A DNA stretch of 64,000 nt, from the NCBI GenBank assembly GCA_016217905.1, contig JACRFL010000013.1, forward strand, positions 3,184-67,183. Reading direction: 5' to 3'. This stretch comes from Candidatus Kaiserbacteria bacterium (GTDB taxonomy: Bacteria > Patescibacteriota > Minisyncoccia > Phycocordibacterales > Phycocordibacteraceae). This document shows, piece after piece, positions 19,107 through 27,817 of this stretch (the stretch's first letter is position 1; each line of letters begins with the position of its first letter). Below the pieces are notes generated by a model. It did no database searches. It had not been told where the DNA came from and worked only from the letters and a program-made list of their open reading frames with translations. Position numbers and translations under genes: made by a program.

Positions 19107-19299
19107 AAGAACAAGAAATGCAATGCAATCATGGAGGCCGGACCTCCGCTAGAGACGGGCGACACTATCCCCACCCACACTTGCGCCTCCAGGACATTTC
19201 TGGCATACTGCGGGCACTCGCAGAGTATTCGAGCTTCGCTCGGCCGCTTGCGGCCGCAAGTGTTCAGTTTCGGCGAGGTTAACCGGTTAGACCCACCAC

Positions 19300-19650
19300 A
19301 TGGATAATCAGCAGTCAGTTCAGGGGAACAAGCTTTACGTAGGCGGAATCCCCTACCGCTCGACAGAAGACGATCTCAAGAAGACCTTTAGCGAGGCCGG
19401 CACGGTCGTCTCCGCGAGCATCATCAGCGACCGCATGACGGGCCGCTCGAGGGGCTTCGGCTTCGTCGAGATGGCTACCGAGGCGGAAGCGCAGGCGGCT
19501 ATCGACCGCTGGGACGGCAAGGAGATGGACGGGCGCACGCTCTCGGTCTCTTTCGCACGCCCGCAGGGCGATCGTCCCCCGCGCCGCGAAGGCGGCTTCG
19601 GCGGCGGCGATCGCGGAGGCAACGGCGGCTATGGCCGCGGCGGATATTAA
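19300..19650 (+). CDS. Glycine-rich RNA-binding protein with RRM domain
   Basis: RNP-2 LYVGGIP and RNP-1 RGFGFVEM. C-terminal RGG/GGY-rich tail. Confidence 0.85.
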   Translation: MDNQQSVQGNKLYVGGIPYRSTEDDLKKTFSEAGTVVSASIISDRMTGRSRGFGFVEMATEAEAQAAIDRWDGKEMDGRTLSVSFARPQGDRPPRREGGFGGGDRGGNGGYGRGGY

Positions 19651-19661
19651 TCCTTCTCGAC

Positions 19662-19697
19662 AAAACAAAAACGCCCCTCGCCGGGGCGTTCTTGTTT
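19662..19697 (+). terminator. Rho-independent terminator-like hairpin after the RRM gene
   Basis: AAAACAAAAACGCCCCTCGCCGGGGCGTTCTTGTTT: a 7-bp GC stem, 5-nt loop, T-rich tail. Confidence 0.6.
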
Positions 19698-19916
19698 ACC
19701 CCGTTCATCCTCTCGATGGGAATGAGCCTCGGTTTTATAGGTGGTCTTAGGTAGCGAACAATAGTTCGCATGTAACGGACCGGTAAAAGTGTTAAGGTTC
19801 TTCCCGCGTGAGAACGAACTCTCTATAGTCTCATCGATACATTTCAAATGTCAAGCAAAATCTGAGGAAAAAACAGTGCAGAAGCTGTGCATATCTCTGT
19901 ATACTACGTGCATATC

Positions 19917-20669
19917 ATGACTCGCGACGAGAAGTGGCTCTTGGAGGAAAAATATCATGGAAACGCGACAGTCGCATATGCGGCGGATGCGAAGCGGCTC
20001 GCCTCCGGCGAGCCGCTCGGCTATGTGATCGGCTGGCAGCCGTTTCTCGGCCTCAACATCTATCTCGATTCGCACCCTCTCATCCCCCGCCCCGAGACGG
20101 AGTGGTGGACGGAGCAACTTCTAACCAACTTGGAAGCGAAGCTTCCAATTGGAAGCTTCGCTTCCAAGTTTAAGTTCCTCGACCTGTGCGCCGGATCCGG
20201 TGCCATCGGCTGTGCCGCGCTCGCGAGACTGCCGGACGCCCGGGTATATTTCGGCGAGATCGATCCGGCGCATACCGCGACCATTGTGAAAAACATTCGA
20301 GAAAATAATCTCGACGAACCACGCGCGGACATCCTCACCGGTGATCTCTTCGGACCGTTCGCCGGTTTGCGCTTCGACGTCATCGCGGCGAACCCGCCCT
20401 ACGTTTCCGCAGGCCGCGCGCTCCCCTCAAGCGTCGCGGGCTACGAGCCGGCTACGGCCCTCTTCGCCGGAGAGGATGGCCTCGATATCATCCGCCGCAT
20501 CGCGAAAGAGCTTTCGAAATATCTTAAAGAGAGCGGTACCGCGTGGATCGAGTGCGACAGCGCGCACGCGGCAGCCGCGTGCGCGCTCTTCGCGGAGCAG
20601 GGATTCGACGCACAGATACGCACCGACCAATACGGCGACTCGCGCGTTCTCGTAGTATCATTCCCCTGA
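19917..20669 (+). CDS. prmC: Release-factor N5-glutamine methyltransferase (HemK/PrmC family) carrying an in-frame 44-nt perfect palindrome
   Basis: NPPY catalytic motif (IAANPPYV), SAM-binding LDLCAGSGAIG. Start MTRDEKW at 19917. Confidence 0.75.
   Translation: MTRDEKWLLEEKYHGNATVAYAADAKRLASGEPLGYVIGWQPFLGLNIYLDSHPLIPRPETEWWTEQLLTNLEAKLPIGSFASKFKFLDLCAGSGAIGCAALARLPDARVYFGEIDPAHTATIVKNIRENNLDEPRADILTGDLFGPFAGLRFDVIAANPPYVSAGRALPSSVAGYEPATALFAGEDGLDIIRRIAKELSKYLKESGTAWIECDSAHAAAACALFAEQGFDAQIRTDQYGDSRVLVVSFP
20127..20170. repeat. 44-nt perfect palindrome (AACTTGGAAGCGAAGCTTCCAA | TTGGAAGCTTCGCTTCCAAGTT) in frame inside prmC; variant of family A
   Basis: Perfect 22+22 inverted repeat. Encodes NLEAKLPIGSFASKF between the conserved EQLL and LDLCAGSG blocks, where E. 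coli PrmC has a shorter linker. Confidence 0.8.
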
Positions 20670-20950
20670 TGCCGGATCAACCGCTTCGACCGTTTGCGCC
20701 CCCGCCCGCCCTGTTCGACACGCTGCATGTGTCGGGGATTTCTTCCGACGCACTGGTGACGTGGGCTCTGTACGCGGTTTTCACATTCTGGGCGGTCTAC
20801 ACGCTCGTCGCCGTCTATCACTGGCTCAAATATTCGCACGCCTCGTGGATCGCCTTCCCCGCGATCGCGGCACACGTGTTCGTATCATTCGCGCTCATGC
20901 TCTATGCGCTCTCCGGCGCCGCGTTCCCGTTCACTTCCTATTTGCCATGA
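20669..20950 (+). CDS. Small membrane protein (hypothetical)
   Basis: ATG overlaps the prmC stop (TGATG). Two or three TM helices. Confidence 0.5.
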   Translation: MPDQPLRPFAPPPALFDTLHVSGISSDALVTWALYAVFTFWAVYTLVAVYHWLKYSHASWIAFPAIAAHVFVSFALMLYALSGAAFPFTSYLP

Positions 20951-21483
20951 AAGAATTCGAGCTTGAGCCGGGCGAACATGTCGTGCTCGAAACCCGCAAA
21001 CACTGGTTCCTCTTCTTAACTGAACTCCTGCCGTATTCCATCATCGCCCTCACTCCTTTCGCTCTCCCGAAGCTGCTTGTGCTCGCGCCGCCTCTGGTAC
21101 CGTATGCGACATTTTTCGACTACCACACGCCGTTTTCGCGCGCGGCGCTCGGCGTCTGGCTGCTCGTCGCGTGGACGAGCGCGTGGGGCGCCTTCACCCG
21201 CTACTTCCTCAACGCGTGGATACTCACCAACGAACGCATTGTGAACATCAAGCAGCGCAGATACTTCTCCCGCGGAGTCTCCAGTCTCTTTCTCTCGCGC
21301 GTGCAGGACGTGACGACAGATGTTACGGGTGTGCTCCCCTCGCTCCTCGGCCTCGGCGACATCAAGGTGCAAACCGCGTCGGAGGATGTCGAGTTCGTCA
21401 TGCGCGGCATCCCGCGCCCGGAGCAGATGCGCGACCTGATCCTTAAATACGTTCCCGAAGAACCCCAAAATACCGGCGTCTGA
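20947..21483 (+). CDS. Membrane protein with bacterial PH (bPH_2/YdbS-like) domain
   Basis: Start MKEFELEPGEHVVLETRKHWF (ATGA overlap with the upstream gene). Two TM helices then a bPH-like domain. Confidence 0.55.
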   Translation: MKEFELEPGEHVVLETRKHWFLFLTELLPYSIIALTPFALPKLLVLAPPLVPYATFFDYHTPFSRAALGVWLLVAWTSAWGAFTRYFLNAWILTNERIVNIKQRRYFSRGVSSLFLSRVQDVTTDVTGVLPSLLGLGDIKVQTASEDVEFVMRGIPRPEQMRDLILKYVPEEPQNTGV

Positions 21484-21498
21484 TATACTCAAACGTAT

Positions 21499-22734
21499 AT
21501 GGCTGAGCCGCTCTCAACCGACCCGTACAAGGGTGTCCGCGACTTCTACCCCGCCGAGTGGGAGAGGGTGGGCGCGATGTTCAGCGCAATTCGGGATACG
21601 CTTCGCGCCTGGGGATACGAAGAATACAACGCCTCCCCGCTTGAGCGCACCGAACTCTACGAGGCGAAGACGTCAGAAGAGATAGTGAACGAGCAGACCT
21701 ACACCTTCACCGACCGCGGCGGTCGAAGCGTGACGCTCCGCCCCGAGATGACTCCCACGCTTGCGCGCATGGTCGCCGCCAAACGCCGCGAACTCACCTT
21801 TCCGCTGCGTTGGTTTTCCATCGGCAACCGCTTCCGCTACGAGCGTCCGCAGAAAGGCCGCCTCCGCGAGTTCTACCAGGCGGACATCGACCTCGTCGGT
21901 CTTCCCGAGGGCGAGGCGGACATCGAAATCGTACAACTCGCCTCGGCGATACTCACTGCGTTTGGCGCTACAGAACGCGATTTTATTATTCGAGTTAACT
22001 CTCGCTCACTTCTAAACGCCGCGTGCGAAGCGGCTGGACTTACCGGCGACGCAGTCAGACAGTATCTGCGTCTTCTCGATAAGAGATCGAAAATGACTCC
22101 TGAGGCCTTCCGAGCTGCTTCAACCGCGATTACCGCAACCGATCCGCTCACGCTCATCGATTCAAAAAAAATGGATGCCTTTATCTTTACGCTCAAAGAG
22201 CGCGGCATCGGCAATATCGTCTTCGACGCCGGCATCACGCGCGGTTTTGACTATTACACCGGCATGATTTTTGAGGTATTCGATACGAATCCGACGAACC
22301 CGCGCTCGCTCTTCGGCGGCGGACGCTATGACGGCCTGGTCGCACTCTGGGGCGACGACGCCGTCCCGGCGGTCGGCTTCGCGCTCGGGGATGTTACGCT
22401 CGCCGACTTTCTTGAGACGCATTCGCTCCTACCGAAGTCAGACTTCGGTAGGCCGCAGGTGTATCTTGGCACGCCGACCGCCGGCGACATCCCCGCTGCA
22501 CAAGCATTCGCTGATACGCTGCGCAAAGAGGGCTTCCGCGTTTTCGTCAATCTCTCCGACCGCTCGCTCGGCGACCAAATAAAAGATGCCGTGAAGCGCG
22601 GCGTCCCGCTCTTCCTCGCGTATGGTGTCGACGAGGTTGCTCGCCAAACGGTCCGCATGAAGATACTCCGTACCGGCGAAGAAGCTGAACTCCCGGCGTC
22701 CGAGCTCCCCGCGCGGCTGCGCGCTGGGAGCTAG
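21499..22734 (+). CDS. hisS: Histidyl-tRNA synthetase
   Basis: Class-II aaRS motifs and HisRS-specific blocks (RPEMTPTLARMV, FRYERPQKGRLREFYQ, GGGRYDGL). Contains a 25-nt perfect palindrome in frame. Confidence 0.9.
   Translation: MAEPLSTDPYKGVRDFYPAEWERVGAMFSAIRDTLRAWGYEEYNASPLERTELYEAKTSEEIVNEQTYTFTDRGGRSVTLRPEMTPTLARMVAAKRRELTFPLRWFSIGNRFRYERPQKGRLREFYQADIDLVGLPEGEADIEIVQLASAILTAFGATERDFIIRVNSRSLLNAACEAAGLTGDAVRQYLRLLDKRSKMTPEAFRAASTAITATDPLTLIDSKKMDAFIFTLKERGIGNIVFDAGITRGFDYYTGMIFEVFDTNPTNPRSLFGGGRYDGLVALWGDDAVPAVGFALGDVTLADFLETHSLLPKSDFGRPQVYLGTPTAGDIPAAQAFADTLRKEGFRVFVNLSDRSLGDQIKDAVKRGVPLFLAYGVDEVARQTVRMKILRTGEEAELPASELPARLRAGS
22428..22452. repeat. Palindromic element family B copy (CCTACCGAAGTCAGACTTCGGTAGG) in frame inside hisS
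   Basis: Perfect 12-bp arms around a central A. Encodes LPKSDFGR. Confidence 0.8.
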
Positions 22735-22738
22735 CCCT

Positions 22739-23320
22739 ATGCGCGCGATCACTTTCGACATCGAGTCCATCTCCGATTCCATGGTGCGCGGGCGCATCGA
22801 TGTCACCGAACAGGAGCTCACCGTCGTCGCCATCCACGATTCGGAAACCGGCGAGTTTTCTTCATATTTCAAAGAAGACTTGCCGAGACTCTGGCCGGTA
22901 CTCGAGCGCGCCGATATGCTCATCGGTTTCAATTCCGATGCGTTTGATATTCCGCTCTTGAACCGCTACTACCCAGGCGATCTCTCCCCTATCCGCTCGC
23001 TTGACCTGCTCGCCGAAGTGCAAAAAGTCCTCGGCCGGCGCATCCGCCTCCAATCGCTCGCGGAAGCGACCTTGGGCAAAGGGAAAAAGGGCGACGGCCT
23101 TTTGGCCGGCGAGTGGTGGCGCGAGGGGAAGAAAGACAAGGTCGCGCAGTACTGCATCGAGGACGTCCGGCTGACGCGCGCTCTCTACGACCACGCGATG
23201 GCGCACGGCGTCCTCAAATACAAAGACCTGCGCGATATCCGCGACATCAAGCTCGACACGTCGCACTGGAACGGCGCCATTTCCGCGACCCCCACGATGA
23301 CTCATGCGCTCCCGCTATGA
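22739..23320 (+). CDS. DEDD-type 3'-5' exonuclease (RNase H-like superfamily, PolB-exo-like)
   Basis: Exo I FDIES, Exo II GFNSDAFDIPLL, Exo III YCIEDV. Confidence 0.6.
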   Translation: MRAITFDIESISDSMVRGRIDVTEQELTVVAIHDSETGEFSSYFKEDLPRLWPVLERADMLIGFNSDAFDIPLLNRYYPGDLSPIRSLDLLAEVQKVLGRRIRLQSLAEATLGKGKKGDGLLAGEWWREGKKDKVAQYCIEDVRLTRALYDHAMAHGVLKYKDLRDIRDIKLDTSHWNGAISATPTMTHALPL

Positions 23321-23988
23321 AATCCTCTCTTACAATTCCCCTCTCGATAATTCTTGGCGGCGTGATCGTTGCGATAGCAGTCTACGCTTCAATGCCCAAA
23401 AAAATCCAGACTGATTCGGGATCCGGTAACCCCGCCCTCGTACGGCCGGTAAGTGCAAGCGACCATATCCTCGGTAATCCCGCAGCGAAAGTCGTGATTG
23501 TCGAATATTCCGACTTCGACTGTGACTACTGCAAAAGTTTTCACGACACGCTACACCAGATTATCGCGAACGAGGGCGCGCGGGGCGACGTCGCGTGGGT
23601 CTTCCGCGAATTCCCTCTTTCTGAAATACACCCGAACGCGCTCTCCCACGCCCGCGCCGCCGAGTGCGCTGCGGCCGCCTCCGGCAATGACGCGTTCTGG
23701 AAATTTGCAAATGCGCTCTTCGCGAATCAGCCGGCTGACCCGAAGGACTACGGTATCATCGCCGCCGCGGCGGGCATCTCGGGCGACGCCTTCGCGGCCT
23801 GCTACGCGACCGCTTCAACGACGCTTGACGCGCGAATCGCTGCCGATCGCCGAAACGCGCTCGATGTCGGCGCGCAGGGCACCCCGTATTCGCTCCTCAT
23901 CACCGCCGACAAACCGCCTGTCGTTATCGACGGCGCCTATTCCTATGAGGCGGTAAAAGAACTCGTCGACCAAACACTTGGAAACTAG
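23318..23988 (+). CDS. DsbA-family thiol:disulfide oxidoreductase (membrane-anchored)
   Basis: Start MKSSLTIPLSIILGGVIVAIAVYA (TM), thioredoxin-fold CxxC FDCDYCKSFH. The tracker start 23113 was rejected. Confidence 0.7.
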
Positions 23989-24000
23989 AGTCGGCAGTTT

Positions 24001-24843
24001 TTACTCCTCCACCAACTTAAGCCGATAGATATCAAACGAATTGTCGCCTTCAAACATATCGGAGGGGTTGGGGAGATATTTTCTTTGTCTTGAAATTTCC
24101 TCGGTCGCATCGTTGATAAGACGATGAAAGACCGCGAAATCTTCTTCGCGCTCTTTGAAGTCTATTTCATATCGCCGCATCTGCGGAGAGCCATCGGCAT
24201 TCTTCGTCTTCTTGCATTCATACACGATGAAGCGCCGTACTGGCTTCCCGAACATAACACTTGCGGTGTAGTAGTTGAATATCGCCTGAATGATGAAAAG
24301 CGTCTTCGCCGCGCCCCTCTTCGTAAAGGACGCGACGAACTTGTGGTCCACGATGTCGACCGCGCCCTTTTGAATACGCGACTCTACCATCAGATCCGAA
24401 ACCGCCTTGATCGGGAGCGAGAGCCCTTCCACTTCTACCACTCCCCGCACTTCAACGCCAAGTACTTTATGCTTTGGCGGTCGCGCCAAATAATAACCAA
24501 TGGCCCGCGAATATTCCGTTTCCATCGCCTTCCGCTTCTCCCTCTTCGCGCTTCGCGTTGTTGCCGTTCCGAAATCAATCTCGAAGTCTCCGACGTCGCG
24601 CAGGTAATCGAGACCTTTTTGTATAGCACTATCTTTGGACACGCCCAAGTAGAAATGTTCGAGCGCTCGGTGAGCGGCACGTCCGACGACCGAAGCGGGT
24701 GTTGTCGGCGTGTCGTATATCTCTTCCACATAGCGCTTGTACCAGGCAAGCGGATTGCGCAGGAACGCCATCAAGCTTGAGTGGCTCCAGTGCTTGATGG
24801 GCGGTTTCGGTCTCCTTTTTGTCGCCTTTTTCTTTCCCCCCAT
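24001..24843 (-). CDS. PD-(D/E)XK nuclease superfamily protein (RecB/Cas4-like fold, no Fe-S cysteines)
   Basis: Catalytic block GAVDIVDHKFV (D ... DxK). N-terminal WSHSSLMAF is typical of this family. Confidence 0.55.
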   Translation of the reverse strand: MGGKKKATKRRPKPPIKHWSHSSLMAFLRNPLAWYKRYVEEIYDTPTTPASVVGRAAHRALEHFYLGVSKDSAIQKGLDYLRDVGDFEIDFGTATTRSAKREKRKAMETEYSRAIGYYLARPPKHKVLGVEVRGVVEVEGLSLPIKAVSDLMVESRIQKGAVDIVDHKFVASFTKRGAAKTLFIIQAIFNYYTASVMFGKPVRRFIVYECKKTKNADGSPQMRRYEIDFKEREEDFAVFHRLINDATEEISRQRKYLPNPSDMFEGDNSFDIYRLKLVEE

Positions 24844-24859
24844 AGGAGGAGTATACCTT

Positions 24860-26101
24860 CTAGTACGACTTCAGGTGCCGCGCGCTCTCGTGCGTACGAA
24901 TCTTCTCAAGCGCCTTCGCTTCAATTTGACGGATGCGCTCCCGAGTCACGCCGAATTCCCTCCCCACTTCTTCAAGCGTGTGGTAAATGCCGTCCATGAG
25001 GCCGTGACGCATCTCGAGGATCTTGCGCTCTTTGGGCGAAAGGTCGGAGAGGATGGCGCGTACTTGTTCCGCGAGGATGCGCTCCGAGGATTCCTGTATC
25101 GGGGACGGGATCTTGTCGTCGGGGATGAAGTCGCCCAAGGTCGACTTCTCGTCGTCGTCGGAGCCGACCGGATTCTCAAGCGAGAGGGTGTCCTGATTGA
25201 TTTTCTCTATCTGATATATCTTCTCCGGCTCCACCCCCATCTCCACCGCGATCTCCTCCGCCTGCGGGTCGCGACCGAGCACCTGGGCGAGGCGGCGCGA
25301 TACCTGCTTGTATTTGGCGATGGTCTCGACCATGTGGACGGGGATGCGGATGGTGCGCGACTGATCCGCGAGCGCGCGCGTAATCGCCTGGCGAATCCAC
25401 CACGTCGCGTACGTCGAGAACTTGTATCCTTTCTTCCAGTCGAATTTGTCCACCGCGCGGAAGAGGCCGAGGTTCCCCTCCTGGATGAGGTCGAGGAGAG
25501 TGAGGTCGGGACTGCGTCCGACGTATTTCTTCGCAATGGAGACCACGAGGCGAAGATTGCTCCTCGCGAGAATGTTGCGCGCTTCTGCGTCCCCCTTCTC
25601 GATGCGCTTGGCAAGCTCGCGCTCCTCAGCGGCGGTCAGGAGCGGATACTGCCCGATCTCGCGCAGGTAGATTTGAATGGAGTCGTAGCTCGTCGAGTGG
25701 CGATCTTTGATGTTGCGTGTGGCAAGGTACTCGTCTGCGGCGTCCTCAAGCATGCCGCCCTCGAGCACGTCAACGCCGGCCGCGGCGAAGCGCTCGTAGA
25801 GCGACTCGAGGAAGCTTACATCGTCCTCGATGTGCGGGAACGACTTGAGAATTTCGCTGTAGGTCACATAACCGCGCTCCTTTCCTTTCTCGATGAGCGA
25901 GTCCGCCGAGAGCGACTTCTGCACGTACGCTTTCGCCTTCGCGCCGCGCAGGGCGGCGTGGACGATTTGTTTCTTCGTACGCCTGGGCGCGACACGACGC
26001 TTCGCGACTTTTCTCTTCTTCGCGGGCGCGCGCCTCTTCGCGGCGCGCTTGAGTCCCATCCGAAACGTCCTTTTTTTCTTGCGTATGATTGATTTTGCCA
26101 T
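24860..26101 (-). CDS. rpoD: RNA polymerase sigma-70 factor
   Basis: Regions 2-4 ([13 protein letters not shown], helix-turn-helix [23 protein letters not shown]). Confidence 0.9.
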   Translation of the reverse strand: MAKSIIRKKKRTFRMGLKRAAKRRAPAKKRKVAKRRVAPRRTKKQIVHAALRGAKAKAYVQKSLSADSLIEKGKERGYVTYSEILKSFPHIEDDVSFLESLYERFAAAGVDVLEGGMLEDAADEYLATRNIKDRHSTSYDSIQIYLREIGQYPLLTAAEERELAKRIEKGDAEARNILARSNLRLVVSIAKKYVGRSPDLTLLDLIQEGNLGLFRAVDKFDWKKGYKFSTYATWWIRQAITRALADQSRTIRIPVHMVETIAKYKQVSRRLAQVLGRDPQAEEIAVEMGVEPEKIYQIEKINQDTLSLENPVGSDDDEKSTLGDFIPDDKIPSPIQESSERILAEQVRAILSDLSPKERKILEMRHGLMDGIYHTLEEVGREFGVTRERIRQIEAKALEKIRTHESARHLKSY

Positions 26102-26122
26102 GTGAAAATGAATAGAGGGGAA

Positions 26123-27814
26123 CTATGCACCGAGTGCGGCGAGCCGCGCGGAAAGCTTTGCACACTGTTTTTGCATATCACCGACCAACAAGGCGTCTTC
26201 CGATGCCTCGGCCCTGCGTAGCGCCCTTACCGCTTCCTGATACGCCTCGCGGATAACCGCTTCTTCAAGGGCGCAAAGAAGCTCGTCTCCCGCCTTCTCG
26301 TCCGGATTTTCGCCGAATGTCTGTTCTGCATAGAACAGGGACGATTCCAAAAGCGCGATAGGCGGCAGTTCTTGAGCTTCGGTAATCCGACAATACTCCG
26401 ATGTGACGCGCTTCGCAAGCGGCGTATCGGGATAAGCCCGGATAACCGCAAGAAGTTGTTCCGAACGGATTTCCGATGCCGAACGGGCCGGCGGCGTTGT
26501 TTTTCGCATGCTCGCCGTATCCGTGTCGACCGTAAAATCTTTCGGCAAGCGTTTGAGCGATTCGCGCACGGCCTCGCCGGAGATCCCGAGCGCGCGGGCG
26601 GCCGCTTGTACGAAATGTTCGCGCTCCATCGGGCTCGGTATCGCGTTGATGAGCGGAAGCACGATGCTTTCGGCCAGCCGCAAGAACCGGTGAGGGTCGC
26701 GCTCCTGCTCGGCGAGAACGCCGAGAAAGAACTCTACGACCGGTTTAGCGGCGGCGACGCGCTTGCCGAATTCCGCCGCATCTTCGCTGATAAGGTCAGC
26801 CGGATCTTTTCCGAAAGGCAGTGCGACTGCCTTGACCCGAAGTCCCTGGCGAAGGGTCAGTTCGGCCGCGCGCGCCGTCGCTTTGAGTCCGGCGGGATCG
26901 GCGTCAAGAACAAGCATCACGTTCTCGCTGTAGCGCTTCATAAGACCCGCGTGACGGCCAGTGAGGGCCGTGCCCGAGAGAGCGATCGTGTTCTGGAAGC
27001 CCGCCTGGTGCGCCAAGATAACGTCTATCTGCCCTTCAACGAGCATCGCGAAGCCGCGCGTGCGAATGGCGTCTTTCGCCATATCCATACCGAACAATAC
27101 TTCGGACTTGTGGTAGAGCTCGGTCTCGGGGCTGTTGAGATACTTCGCCTGCTCGTCCGCGGAGAGCGCGCGGCCGGTGAAGCCGACCACGCGGCCGACG
27201 GCGTCGCGTATCGGGAACATCAGCCGATTGCGGAAGCGGTCGTAGTAGGTGCCCGGCTTCCCGTCGGCTTCTTTGATGAGTCCCGCGGCAAGCAATTCCT
27301 GCGTGGAGAATCCTTCCGCAGTCATCGCCTCAAGCAGCGCGCGCCATGCCTCCGGCGCATACCCGAGCCGCCAGGCGCGGATAGTTTCCTCCGTAAGACC
27401 GCGCCGCTTCGCATACGGAGCGGCGGGACTCTCGGCGAGCTTGCCCGCATACCATTCGCTCGCGCGATTCATCAGGGCGCGCAGACGCTCTTTCTTCGAT
27501 GTATCTTCTTTCCCGGCACTACCATATATGGTAGTGATTTGGACGCCAGCCTTCTCGGCAAGAATCTTGAGCGCGCCCTTGAAATCAACTCCTTCGATCT
27601 TTTCAATGAAAGAAAAACCGTCGCCGCCCTCCCCACAACCGAAGCAGTGCCACGTCCCGCGTTCGGAACTCACGTGAAAGGACGGCGTTTTCTCTTTATG
27701 GAACGGGCAGAGGCCGCGCATGGACTTTCCCGCCCGCGTGAGCTTCACATAGGGGTTGATAATCTCGACGATGGAGAGACGGTCTTTGATTTGGGCGACC
27801 GTGTCTTTCGCCAT
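26123..27814 (-). CDS. dnaG: DNA primase
   Basis: Zinc-binding CPFHKEKTPSF ... HCFGCG, TOPRIM domain (MLVEGQIDV, VLDADPAG). Confidence 0.9.
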   Translation of the reverse strand: MAKDTVAQIKDRLSIVEIINPYVKLTRAGKSMRGLCPFHKEKTPSFHVSSERGTWHCFGCGEGGDGFSFIEKIEGVDFKGALKILAEKAGVQITTIYGSAGKEDTSKKERLRALMNRASEWYAGKLAESPAAPYAKRRGLTEETIRAWRLGYAPEAWRALLEAMTAEGFSTQELLAAGLIKEADGKPGTYYDRFRNRLMFPIRDAVGRVVGFTGRALSADEQAKYLNSPETELYHKSEVLFGMDMAKDAIRTRGFAMLVEGQIDVILAHQAGFQNTIALSGTALTGRHAGLMKRYSENVMLVLDADPAGLKATARAAELTLRQGLRVKAVALPFGKDPADLISEDAAEFGKRVAAAKPVVEFFLGVLAEQERDPHRFLRLAESIVLPLINAIPSPMEREHFVQAAARALGISGEAVRESLKRLPKDFTVDTDTASMRKTTPPARSASEIRSEQLLAVIRAYPDTPLAKRVTSEYCRITEAQELPPIALLESSLFYAEQTFGENPDEKAGDELLCALEEAVIREAYQEAVRALRRAEASEDALLVGDMQKQCAKLSARLAALGA

Positions 27815-27817
27815 AGG

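Noticed and set aside
24737-26092. 451-aa plus-strand ORF
   Set aside because: It lies antisense to rpoD, whose sigma-70 motifs are unmistakable. It is Arg/Leu-rich with no recognisable domain, the typical product of open antisense frames in high-GC DNA.
26099-26125. Apparent in-frame continuity between dnaG and rpoD (only a TAG between them, same frame)
   Set aside because: The two are well-defined separate genes with a canonical rpoD N-terminus 21 nt after the dnaG stop, so this is coincidental. It was used as a control showing that same-frame adjacency alone does not imply read-through.
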